A DNA stretch of 31,694 nt, taken from positions 1 through 31,694 of the forward strand of contig JAEOTQ010000200.1 in the NCBI GenBank assembly GCA_016839785.1, in the 5' to 3' direction. Both the position numbers and the translations under genes were made by a program. Under the pieces are notes generated by a model. The model made no database searches. It saw nothing but the letters and a program-made list of their open reading frames with translations, and was not told the DNA's origin. This document shows positions 17,209 through 26,886 of the stretch, one piece after another. Position 1 is the stretch's first letter. Every line of letters begins with the position of its first letter. The DNA comes from Candidatus Hodarchaeota archaeon (GTDB taxonomy: Archaea > Asgardarchaeota > Heimdallarchaeia > Hodarchaeales > Hodarchaeaceae).

Positions 17209-17952
17209 TTATCGGAAGACGTCGTTTTCTGGTTCACGAATCAATTCTTGTGCAGAATTGTTATTGATAGAATAGTCGACCCCTCTCACAATAATTACAG
17301 GTGTTCCCTCATCAGCTTGCCCCATAGCAATTCCTGCGGCCGCAGCTACTTCATCAACTCTTGCTATAATTGTAGATCTCAGTTCATACCCAAAAAGATC
17401 TGTCTTCCCACGAATATCTTCAAGAGGACTGATTCCAGCCAATCCAATTGCAAAATTAACAGTACCGACCCTTAAAGGGCGGCCAAATGTATCAGAAATG
17501 ATTACTGCAACATTTTTTTGTAGTTTGTCTTGAATAGTATCCTTTATCTGTCGGGCAGAATAATCAGGATCGTTAGGAAGGGAAATAATAGTATTTCCAG
17601 GAGTATTAGATTTATCTATCCCGCTATTTGCGCAGATGAATCCATGGTGGGTAGCAGTGATTAGTACTTTGTCATTCATCCGAATAATTTCACTACTTTC
17701 TTGGAGGATGACTTCGATTTTTCGTGGATCCTTTCCTTGCATGTTTCCAATCTGAAGAGCAAACGGACTAGGAGTAATCGAATCTAGATCATATACTTTA
17801 TTCTCCGCTTTTGAGACAATTGTATGCGCAATTACAATGATATCCCTATTTTTAAGATCTACTTTACGTAGCTCTTCTGCAATTATATTTGCTAATTGAT
17901 CACCAGGATTAATGATTGGAAAATCCCTCAAAGGGAATATTGTAATCTTCAC
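17209..17952 (-). CDS. cofE: Coenzyme F420-0:L-glutamate ligase
   Basis: PIINPGDQL, IVSKAE, ANSGIDKSN, DTFGRPLRVG, DEVAAAA, GQADEGTPVIIVRG, DVFR. Confidence 0.93.
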   Translation of the reverse strand: MKITIFPLRDFPIINPGDQLANIIAEELRKVDLKNRDIIVIAHTIVSKAENKVYDLDSITPSPFALQIGNMQGKDPRKIEVILQESSEIIRMNDKVLITATHHGFICANSGIDKSNTPGNTIISLPNDPDYSARQIKDTIQDKLQKNVAVIISDTFGRPLRVGTVNFAIGLAGISPLEDIRGKTDLFGYELRSTIIARVDEVAAAAGIAMGQADEGTPVIIVRGVDYSINNNSAQELIREPENDVFR

Positions 17953-17980
17953 CGTAGTTCAGTCCTAATAAAAAGGAAAT

Positions 17981-18049
17981 ACAGCCTCAGACCGCTCATC
18001 GCTCTTCATCTTGGAAATCTGTACCTATTAACTAATCATCACAGGCTAT
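17981..18049 (-). ncRNA. Box C/D methylation guide sRNA (SSU rRNA C1402 equivalent; U43/snR70 site)
   Basis: Minus strand: stem ATAGCC/GGCTGT, C GTGATGA (18042-18036), guide, D' CAGA (18021-18018), C' ATGAAGA (18009-18003), 12-nt guide GCGATGAGCGGT, D CTGA (17990-17987). Confidence 0.85.
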
Positions 18050-18064
18050 TATGTACAATTCTTT

Positions 18065-18814
18065 TCAGATGCCAAACTCAGATGGACGAATTTTCACTTG
18101 CTCGGTTAGATCTTCTAGAAGTAATTTTACTTTTTCTGTTTGAGTTGTACTCCCCACTTTAACGTATTTTTCATGGGCCTTTACTAAAAGATCAATAGCT
18201 TCTTTCATGTTTTCTCGTGCGCTAATGAGTGACTTTGCACGAGTGTACAAAGCAAGAGCTTCATATCTAGTTACATCTTCTCTACCTATCTTGAACTCTT
18301 CAACGGCTCTTTCTAAGAAATATGCTTTATCGAAATCTGACTCCATAGCTGCAGCGCGTTGTATAAAAGAACGGGCACGAGCTTTTGCCGCCTCCATTTC
18401 AAGACCAGTTGTCGAATAAAGTGCTCCTGCAGATTCGTATAAGCGAGCAGATTCAATGAATTCCCCGTTTTGTGCCTTAGATTTTGCCAACTCACCTTGA
18501 GTTTGAGCTTGAACGGTTCTTGCATGTTTTGCTTCATCTAAAAATCCCTCTGTGGAGAAGATTACATTCGCTTTTCCGAAAGAACGAATTGCTTCCAAAA
18601 AATTAAGCTCAATCATGTCAATGTAACCATGCGAACAGAGTCTGAACGCTTCGGCCCTTTTACTCAACTTTTTCTCATTGCCATCACTAAAAGACTTTGC
18701 AGATTTCTTAAAATTATCAATGGCTTCTTTATATCGTTGAGTTTCATAATAAGCCATGCCTTGATCAAACTTTTCTTGACCTTTCTTAATTTTATTTCCC
18801 TTGAATAATACCAT
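18065..18814 (-). CDS. All-helical TPR-like repeat protein (SNAP-like repeats)
   Basis: Repeats YKEAIDNFKKSAKSF, FLEAIRSFGKANVIF, FIESARLYESAGALY, MKEAIDLLVKAHEKY. Start ATG 18814 or GTG 18847. Confidence 0.75.
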   Translation of the reverse strand: MVLFKGNKIKKGQEKFDQGMAYYETQRYKEAIDNFKKSAKSFSDGNEKKLSKRAEAFRLCSHGYIDMIELNFLEAIRSFGKANVIFSTEGFLDEAKHARTVQAQTQGELAKSKAQNGEFIESARLYESAGALYSTTGLEMEAAKARARSFIQRAAAMESDFDKAYFLERAVEEFKIGREDVTRYEALALYTRAKSLISARENMKEAIDLLVKAHEKYVKVGSTTQTEKVKLLLEDLTEQVKIRPSEFGI

Positions 18815-19357
18815 TAAGAATTTCTCCACAAATACAGTAAAGCCCACATTTAATGTGAATAATTAAATAACCATTATTTCTTATGATTGATTTTCTTTAA
18901 TAACCCAATCCTAAAATAATAATCATTAGTTTTTCTAATAAAGGTTCGCAAAGGGTTAGGGATGATTTTGGTGGTATTCTTCTCATTCAATCAACCTTCT
19001 TCAAATGATTGCACACTAGACTAAATTGTTTAAAAGATCTCTTGACGGCAAAATACATCCTCTATTTCCTTTCAAATAGACAAAATAATGAAAAACACCT
19101 TTCAAATGTAAGAGTTAAGATAATTTTATTCATAAGTTATTCTGAGGTAAGAATTCAGCTGTAAAACTGTTAAACCACCATGATTAGGAGTGATTTGAAA
19201 TACTAACTCCTTAAAAGAATAAGGCAACATTAATTAATACAGGATTATATAAAACGACTATACGGAGTGTTTCTCCACTGATGGCATAAATCTGAATACC
19301 GCACTCACTCCGACAATTATCTCAGTTTTAATCAACTCTCTGTTTGGTGAATGGAAA

Positions 19358-22300
19358 TTGTCAATACAAAATAAACGTTTATCACCGTTTTATTCTCCTT
19401 TATTAATAGTTCCCCTTTTAATCATGTCTTCCCTTCTAATACCCTTCGTTGGGTTTAATATTCCTCAGGAGAACCAATCAGCTGGACAATATATTACTTC
19501 ATTACGTGACTCCTACCTTGACACAATTCCACCTCCCCAATCAGGGATATACCGTAATAAAGATGCACAAAACTCACCTTATTACTCAATTGCGAAAATT
19601 GACCCAGAAAAAGCCATATATTTTCCAGAAGAAACAATAAGTGTTACTAATCGCTTCAATAGCGCCCAAACAGGAAGTTGGGCTATTGTTTCTCAAGTAA
19701 TAAGCATTTATTTACATAAACATGATTATACAAATCTAACAGATGTAAATCATCTTATTGCCACAGCTGTAACGAATGGTACTCCGGTTATTCCTTCTAT
19801 TTCAAACGACCTCACAGAGGGAATAATCGATGTATCATTTACAATTCCAGAAATGACGAACTTAACTAATCGATATGGTATTTCACCAGGGGATAATGTT
19901 TCATTATATCAATACTATCCTGGAGGTAGTACAAATACAACAGCTAAAATTGAAAATGTCGATCCGTTTGCCAAAATTGATTACTTTGTTGTCAGTGGAT
20001 TTTCAACTCTAGCTGAGGAAATTCCTGGATTCATAAATACTGCAAGTAGTGATAATACTTTTCGTCAGGGAGAGGAGGCAACAGTAATCCTCAAGGCACA
20101 ATCAGGAACCACACCATTATCAGGACTTACAGTAGATATTGAACTTCATGATGGTACAACACATGCCCTTATACCATATGGAAATCAAGGGATTACCTAT
20201 AATCTACTTGATATGACCACAAGCATACCTAGCACCACAACAGATGCAAATGGTGAGCTACGTCTGAATGTTACAACTACATATCCTACAACTCTTGAAA
20301 ATGACTATTATTTCATTCTTAATACAACAATTGATACAGCAGATGGATTCACTGAGAATTTTGATGGGAGTAATAATGCAACAAATTATGCGGAGAGTAC
20401 AACTAATTTCACCATTTCTAATGAAATGGATGTTGTTACGGTCGAATTTGTATCTGCTGTACCTTCCCCTCCAATCGCACCACCAAATGAAAACTCCACT
20501 CTTGTTACATTTAGAGTAAACTTAGATTATGCTTATACCACTGATATTTACCAGGTTTCAGGAATTCCTGTCAATGCAACATTGAATTCTTATCCGACAG
20601 GGGTAAACTTACAATTTGCTACGGGATTCATTGATAACGGTACGGGATGGGCAATGACAAATACAACTGGACATATCCAATTTGTCATCACTGCAGGATT
20701 TCCAATCCCCTACCAATTAAAAACTCCTACCATTACCGCGATTGCTGATCTACGGAATAATAATGCACCAGCGGGTTCTTATCCCAGCAGTTACCCTAAT
20801 AATCCTCATCGATTTATGAGAAGCAGTACAGGAATGGTCACTGTTTCTTCTGCAGGTAACATAATCAGCATCGATCCTGACTTCTGGATTGGAGATATTA
20901 GCTTAAATTCGATCACCGCTACCAGTATTCGGCCAGGAGAGTCGGCCACCCTTGTATTTGAAGTAAATACAACCTCTGCACCATTGGTTGATTTTGTAAA
21001 TGTACCTGTTAAAATTGAATTAAATGAAATAATAGTAGGGGTATCTTTGTCATTTAACGCATTACGCAATCCTCTCTATGCAAATGGTTATCGATATACC
21101 GATTCCACAGGGATGATAGAAGTTACAGTAAACTCAATCTATCTGACAACTTATGAAGTTCTGAAGAATATTATTTTAGATTTAACCGTAGACTTTGAGA
21201 ATGATTCCCAAGCCCGATGGATTGGCCATGACAGATCTGGTGATGCCACATTTGCTGAATTCGACAACTCATGGACTTCAGCTCAGGATACAAGTTTAAC
21301 GATAGACCCAGATTTTACAACCTATGAAATTATCCTTGCCACAACCAATGAATCTGGAGATACTGTAATCCGATCTGGAGATATTCTTGATGTGACTTTC
21401 AGGGTTCAATCAGAAGTTGGGAGTTTTCCACTTGCAGGAGTAGATGTAAATGTCGTTTTAGTAGGAAGTTACCTTGGTGTAACCCTTGCGTACGTAGGAG
21501 GATCAACAAGTGATGGGTCTGGTGACGTAACTGTTCGTGTAACCACAACATATCTAACAACTCCTAAGAACATTAATATAATACTTAACGCTACAGCTGA
21601 TTTAACCACTGATGTTGGGGTAGATAGTGAATGGGATATAGGACAAAAATCAACGAATGCAAATTTCTTTTCAAATAGCTCTTATTCAGATGTGGAAGAA
21701 ACGATACAGGTAAATCCACAATATTTCTTTGGCGAAATCAGGGCATACCCAGCAGATAATCCAATCTCGAGAATTGGTCAAACAGAATGGATCAATATTG
21801 AATTTACTCTCTATTTAAGCGGTGTTGGTACCGTATATCCTGATATAAATGACATAAATGTTTCTATTACAGTAGACGGTAATCTTCCTGGGGATGCCAA
21901 CATGAATGTTATTCCTATGGCGAGTTTTCAAGATTCGAGTAGTAGTAAGGCAATTTTTTCACTTCAACCAACAGGATCCACTCCTGAAAAATGGTACACT
22001 GTCAATGCTACTGCACACTTTGGCGATGCTCAAGGATTAACTTATAATATCACTCATTCCACAGTTCCTTCTGGATCCTTGTCAGGTGTGTGGGTGAATG
22101 GCTCTCATACTGATCTTATTTCCTTTACTACCTTCAATTTTGAGGTTAAGAACATAGATCGAATCCAAGTCCTAATTCAAGATCCTGTCAACGATATTTC
22201 GGATGTTACTCATTCTGATGTCGGTTTGAATGTCTCCACAAGCTATTATGAAATATATCGGGGAACAACTTACATCAATATTTCTGGCAGTTATTATGAT

Positions 22301-24436
22301 CCAGTTGCAGGTCTAGGTATTCCTTCTACTACCGTTAGAATTTCTTTTAATACAACAATTGCACCTCAAACCTTTACCCTAGCAAATGTTGTTACAGATA
22401 GTGACGGTGAATTTTGGGCCAATGTTAGTATACCAACGTCAATTCCCTTGCAGGATATACAAATATACGGTTGGGATCCCACTTCTCCTACCCCTCAAGA
22501 AAATCGCAACCCGATCACAAATATTAGGCTGATTTCTAGAGTCTTTATTCCTAATTACTCACTCAGTGGATTCAATGGTAACGCAATTTTTGTTGGAGAA
22601 AGCGTAACTTCATCTGGAATCATTCGAGACGATCAGGGAGTTATTGTTGATTCTAATCAGTTTACTGGATTAATAAGAATAATAGGGTGGGACACTACAC
22701 AAGAAGTGGGAACCGCAACGGTTGGCAGTCTATCCTCAGGTAGTTTTTCTCTAGCTTATCAGATTCCCATTCAAACTTATCCTACGAATTCTATTGCTAT
22801 TCGTGCTAAAGTCATCTGGGGTCCGGGGTTACTTCACTATCGGCCCAGGATTGTTCAATTGCCAGTCAATGTATATGATGATATATCGATAAATTCGTTT
22901 GAAATCTACCTCATTGCAAACGATTCTATCCTACCTATAACGGATGGTAATACGTATAATATCCTTGGTGACCATCATCGTGACATATTGATCTTTGGCT
23001 ATTTAGAAGATCAAATTGGTCGTGGTTTAAGTGGAAAAGAACTAAATGATGATTGGAATGGCTCGACTAGGATGATTGTCAGTGGTGTAGGCGGTTATTT
23101 CAGTAGTGGTCAACCATTCACAGGATTTGATAATGTCACGTGGATTTGGAGTCTTAATCATGTTTTGGATAACGGAACAACCCTCTCAAAAACATTCACA
23201 GTAACGTTTAACTGGGTTGCCCTAGATGGAACGTTACCTGATATTTCGATCGTGGTTCCCACAGATATTGAGACAATTGCTTTACCCAATACTCCTACGA
23301 CTACGATAGTGGCTGATATATTTGATCCAGACATGAGTACTGGTCCAGGGTACGTTTCACTTGGGCTAAACGCAAGTTCAATTACAATTACAATTGGTGG
23401 AGTGAGTGCTCCAATGGTCAACATTGGGGGTTCATTATATTCCTTTGATTGGGATACATCAAGTGTGGGTGATACTATCTTCTTTATTTCGATTACGGCA
23501 TTAGATTATGCTAATAATCTAGGAAATGTCTCATTTTATGCAGTAATTGATGTAGTGCTCCCTATGGTAACCATCAATGTTCCATTCACAACCGTGCAGA
23601 CTACGGACTATGCAACTATGAATGCAAATGGGGATATCTTAATCTCAGGAAATCTAATTGATACAAGTTCAAACACAAATCGCAATAGTGGAATAAATGC
23701 CTCCAGTGCACAATTGATAATTCGTCCCCAAGGAGGCGCAACTGTCTCTACTTTAGATTTCAACGATATAAGTGCTACTTCGAATTCCTTCAACTATAAT
23801 TGGAATATTTTTGATTCCACCACTTTAACTAGAATTGCACTGTTCGATACACCTAATACTAACTGGGAGCTAGTTCTTACTATAACAGATAATGCTGGCA
23901 ATTTCAAACAGACAATACTAACGGTTGTGCTAGAAAATAACAACCCTGTTGCATCTACGGTATCAGAACCACCTTCACAAATCACTGGAGGTACGTTGGA
24001 ATTTATAGTAACATTCTATGATCTTCTAAGCGGAATAAATGAAAATTTCTCAAGATTTGTACTCTACGATGCGGATGATGATTCCCTTTTACAAATTTAC
24101 AATTTTAGTTCCTCTGAAGTGACATTGATTGACGATTCCAATGTTAGTCTCACTTTGAACGCCGAGGATTTGAATGATGGGCATTATCTTTTTCGATTAA
24201 CTGTTTTTGATAATGTAGGAAACAGTGGAATAGTGGAATCGAATGATTTCAACATTCTCCTTCCAGCAACCACAACCACTACTCCTCCACTAACGACGAC
24301 GACACCCCCTGGTGGCCCTGGTGTATTACGGCCAATTGACCTTATACAGTTTCTCTTACTCGATATTATCGCCTTAGGCAGTGGAATAGGAATTGCCGTT
24401 ATCTTTGAAAAGGTAAAAGCTAGACGAAGAGGTTAG
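19358..24436 (+). CDS. Large membrane-anchored surface glycoprotein with tandem Ig-like domains
   Basis: N-terminal hydrophobic signal/anchor, T/S/N-rich beta-strand sequence, recurring TD.xG motifs, many NxS/T sequons, TTTTPP linker, C-terminal TM and KARRRG tail. Confidence 0.88.
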   Translation: MSIQNKRLSPFYSPLLIVPLLIMSSLLIPFVGFNIPQENQSAGQYITSLRDSYLDTIPPPQSGIYRNKDAQNSPYYSIAKIDPEKAIYFPEETISVTNRFNSAQTGSWAIVSQVISIYLHKHDYTNLTDVNHLIATAVTNGTPVIPSISNDLTEGIIDVSFTIPEMTNLTNRYGISPGDNVSLYQYYPGGSTNTTAKIENVDPFAKIDYFVVSGFSTLAEEIPGFINTASSDNTFRQGEEATVILKAQSGTTPLSGLTVDIELHDGTTHALIPYGNQGITYNLLDMTTSIPSTTTDANGELRLNVTTTYPTTLENDYYFILNTTIDTADGFTENFDGSNNATNYAESTTNFTISNEMDVVTVEFVSAVPSPPIAPPNENSTLVTFRVNLDYAYTTDIYQVSGIPVNATLNSYPTGVNLQFATGFIDNGTGWAMTNTTGHIQFVITAGFPIPYQLKTPTITAIADLRNNNAPAGSYPSSYPNNPHRFMRSSTGMVTVSSAGNIISIDPDFWIGDISLNSITATSIRPGESATLVFEVNTTSAPLVDFVNVPVKIELNEIIVGVSLSFNALRNPLYANGYRYTDSTGMIEVTVNSIYLTTYEVLKNIILDLTVDFENDSQARWIGHDRSGDATFAEFDNSWTSAQDTSLTIDPDFTTYEIILATTNESGDTVIRSGDILDVTFRVQSEVGSFPLAGVDVNVVLVGSYLGVTLAYVGGSTSDGSGDVTVRVTTTYLTTPKNINIILNATADLTTDVGVDSEWDIGQKSTNANFFSNSSYSDVEETIQVNPQYFFGEIRAYPADNPISRIGQTEWINIEFTLYLSGVGTVYPDINDINVSITVDGNLPGDANMNVIPMASFQDSSSSKAIFSLQPTGSTPEKWYTVNATAHFGDAQGLTYNITHSTVPSGSLSGVWVNGSHTDLISFTTFNFEVKNIDRIQVLIQDPVNDISDVTHSDVGLNVSTSYYEIYRGTTYINISGSYYDPVAGLGIPSTTVRISFNTTIAPQTFTLANVVTDSDGEFWANVSIPTSIPLQDIQIYGWDPTSPTPQENRNPITNIRLISRVFIPNYSLSGFNGNAIFVGESVTSSGIIRDDQGVIVDSNQFTGLIRIIGWDTTQEVGTATVGSLSSGSFSLAYQIPIQTYPTNSIAIRAKVIWGPGLLHYRPRIVQLPVNVYDDISINSFEIYLIANDSILPITDGNTYNILGDHHRDILIFGYLEDQIGRGLSGKELNDDWNGSTRMIVSGVGGYFSSGQPFTGFDNVTWIWSLNHVLDNGTTLSKTFTVTFNWVALDGTLPDISIVVPTDIETIALPNTPTTTIVADIFDPDMSTGPGYVSLGLNASSITITIGGVSAPMVNIGGSLYSFDWDTSSVGDTIFFISITALDYANNLGNVSFYAVIDVVLPMVTINVPFTTVQTTDYATMNANGDILISGNLIDTSSNTNRNSGINASSAQLIIRPQGGATVSTLDFNDISATSNSFNYNWNIFDSTTLTRIALFDTPNTNWELVLTITDNAGNFKQTILTVVLENNNPVASTVSEPPSQITGGTLEFIVTFYDLLSGINENFSRFVLYDADDDSLLQIYNFSSSEVTLIDDSNVSLTLNAEDLNDGHYLFRLTVFDNVGNSGIVESNDFNILLPATTTTTPPLTTTTPPGGPGVLRPIDLIQFLLLDIIALGSGIGIAVIFEKVKARRRG

Positions 24437-24588
24437 ATATAATTAATCAATGATGATAAGACAATAATTGATTTCAGAACAATTATAAGAAAAAAGTAAT
24501 ATGAGGTAAAATCAACCTATCTATTTACCAATAACAAAATATTGTATTAAGATTTACTTAAATCAGAACTAAATGACGGAACAGATTA

Positions 24589-25089
24589 GTGATAAGAATG
24601 AAAGGATTAAATTTCTTTGCTCAGATTGGCCCAGAACTCTATATATTTGCTTTTGTTGTGCTAATAGTAGCTAGTGCTTTGGTTTATTATTTTCGTCAAC
24701 GAATTATAGACGCTTTAGGAATCACTGCAGCCAAAAAAACAATTTTAGAACAAGAAATTGAACAACGACTTGTTCAAATTAGGCAGTTAGCACGACAACA
24801 GATGTTTAAAGACGCAGCTGTATTAATGTGGCAGACTATGACTCTGGCTTCCGAGGGCTTCCTTGGAGTTGGTCGTGCACCAAATGAATCTGCAAGACAA
24901 TTAGGTGTCAAGCTAATGAATAGAGGCGATCTCGATCCTAGTGCAATAAATGCAATTATTATAGCATTTGAAAAAGCAAGATATGGACAGACCCCCTTAA
25001 CTAATCAAGAATTTAAGGATGGCTTATCAGGTCTGCATCAATTCCTACAAATGGCTACTTCACTTGGAGAAATTCCCCTAGCAGAATAA
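24589..25089 (+). CDS. DUF4129-like membrane protein
   Basis: N-terminal TM; R.PNES.RQ and FEKARYG motifs; position upstream of DUF4350-MoxR-DUF58. Confidence 0.75.
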   Translation: MIRMKGLNFFAQIGPELYIFAFVVLIVASALVYYFRQRIIDALGITAAKKTILEQEIEQRLVQIRQLARQQMFKDAAVLMWQTMTLASEGFLGVGRAPNESARQLGVKLMNRGDLDPSAINAIIIAFEKARYGQTPLTNQEFKDGLSGLHQFLQMATSLGEIPLAE

Positions 25090-25132
25090 GAACGAAAAAA
25101 ATAGTGTAATGCTTTCGACGAAGTGAGTTATC

Positions 25133-26842
25133 ATGGCTGAAATCAATAAAACAACGAGTGCTTTTATTATTCTAGCCATATTCATTTCTTATCCATTCGT
25201 TTCTGCATCAATACTCGGATTTCTATTTACCAATAACTCTACGAATTTTTCGATCTATAATGAAGGTTGGAATGGTGCAAGTACTTTTAAAGATCTTTTT
25301 GTCGAGGAAGGAGCTGAAATATCAACTATTGTTGGAAGTAGCAATGTTCTCAATCGATTAAACCAATCCGATATAGGGGGAAATCAAGGGTCATTAATTA
25401 TTCTTGGCCCATCTGTTCATTATGATTTTTCAGAATCATTAGCAATTTTGATGTACGCTATTAATGGGGGAAGAGTAATAATTGCTGACGATTTTGGAAC
25501 AGGTAACGACATTCTAAGCGTTTTATCCATATTTTTGGGATTTATCTCCGAGATCGACTTGGGATCTATGGGTTTTGGTGATTCAGGTGGTACAAATCCA
25601 CTTGGGATGGATACAGGCACTGCTGGTGAAAATACTACATTTCCTTTTCCTATAGCAGGAATTGCATTCAATGGAAGTTTGTTAGCTGATCAAGGAAGTT
25701 ATGATGATACCCCACTAACGCCTATATTTCAATCTCCAAGCACTTCTCAGGAAGGAACTACTTATAAGATGCCTGCTCCTTGGGTTACTGATTTCACAAC
25801 GGGATTGAGCGGAAATGGGGTAATTGGGAATTTTGCTTCTATTATTACTATGAAAGTCCGCTATCCTGATCCGAACAATACTGAAACAAATCCTAATGCA
25901 ACCGAATATATTACTAAATGGGTTCCAATGGGAGAATTTCCCGCCTCGGCTGCATCGGCTTATGAAAGTCTGGAATTGCCTCCAGGAGTTGAACTCCCAG
26001 ATATGTCATTTAGTTTACAAATCGCAGTATTATACAGTAGCACTCATGCCTGGATGGAATCCGATATCTCATCAGCAAAAGCTGATGTTAATAGTATTGA
26101 ACCTAATCTGGACGAATGGGGAAATCCCAATATAGGATTCCCAGTATTTGTGTATTTTCCCTTTCCACTAGGTGGCCAAATAATTCTGTGTTCTGATCCC
26201 TCAATATTCATAAATCAATACCTGGATTCTGATAATACGGATTATCCGCTGGCAAGTCAATATGATAATCGAGTATTTACTGATAATGTCATACGTATAA
26301 TGATGAATGAACGTCCTGGACAAACAATAATTTTTGATGAAGGACATCTGGCAAATAGTCCGATATCACCCATATTCCCCTTGAGTCTTTATCTCAAATT
26401 CTTAGATATGATTACAATGTTTCCTTTATTCGCAATTTTCTTGGTTCCTATTGCAGTAATTTTGTCTCGTAAATTCATTCCAAGAAAGACTCAAGCAAAA
26501 CCGTTACTACTCACACGAGTTGAACGTTACTATGGGCGAAGTTTCTTTGCCGTGAAGATGAGATGGTTTCTTGAATATCGACAGTACTCAAGAGGCCTTG
26601 AACTGATATTTAGAAGATTAAAACGAAATGTTATCAGGCGTTATAGTCCAGATGAGGATCTGACTCCTGATGTCATTGCTACATATTTGATGAATGAGTT
26701 TCCAGAGAATTTTTCGTACAAAAATCTCGTGGAGAACTTCTCATTAATTGAGAATATAATTGAAGCCCGATCATTAATATCTGAAGAGGAATTCCTCGAC
26801 CATTACTTTTTCCTTAAAAACGTAGGATCAGTAATAAGCTAA
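25133..26842 (+). CDS. DUF4350-like membrane-anchored protein
   Basis: FSIYNEGWNGAS, GGRVIIADDFGTGN, SDPSIFIN, IIFDEGH; N-terminal and late TM segments plus a cytoplasmic helical tail. Confidence 0.78.
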   Translation: MAEINKTTSAFIILAIFISYPFVSASILGFLFTNNSTNFSIYNEGWNGASTFKDLFVEEGAEISTIVGSSNVLNRLNQSDIGGNQGSLIILGPSVHYDFSESLAILMYAINGGRVIIADDFGTGNDILSVLSIFLGFISEIDLGSMGFGDSGGTNPLGMDTGTAGENTTFPFPIAGIAFNGSLLADQGSYDDTPLTPIFQSPSTSQEGTTYKMPAPWVTDFTTGLSGNGVIGNFASIITMKVRYPDPNNTETNPNATEYITKWVPMGEFPASAASAYESLELPPGVELPDMSFSLQIAVLYSSTHAWMESDISSAKADVNSIEPNLDEWGNPNIGFPVFVYFPFPLGGQIILCSDPSIFINQYLDSDNTDYPLASQYDNRVFTDNVIRIMMNERPGQTIIFDEGHLANSPISPIFPLSLYLKFLDMITMFPLFAIFLVPIAVILSRKFIPRKTQAKPLLLTRVERYYGRSFFAVKMRWFLEYRQYSRGLELIFRRLKRNVIRRYSPDEDLTPDVIATYLMNEFPENFSYKNLVENFSLIENIIEARSLISEEEFLDHYFFLKNVGSVIS

Positions 26843-26886
26843 TGAAAATAGAATTATAATAATAAATACATGCTAATACATAAGAA

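Noticed and set aside
17896-18162. 88-aa + strand ORF
   Set aside because: Antisense to cofE, the C/D sRNA and the TPR gene.
24450-24520. ATGATGA after the surface-protein gene as a C box
   Set aside because: No convincing D box or stem; candidate guides are AT-rich.
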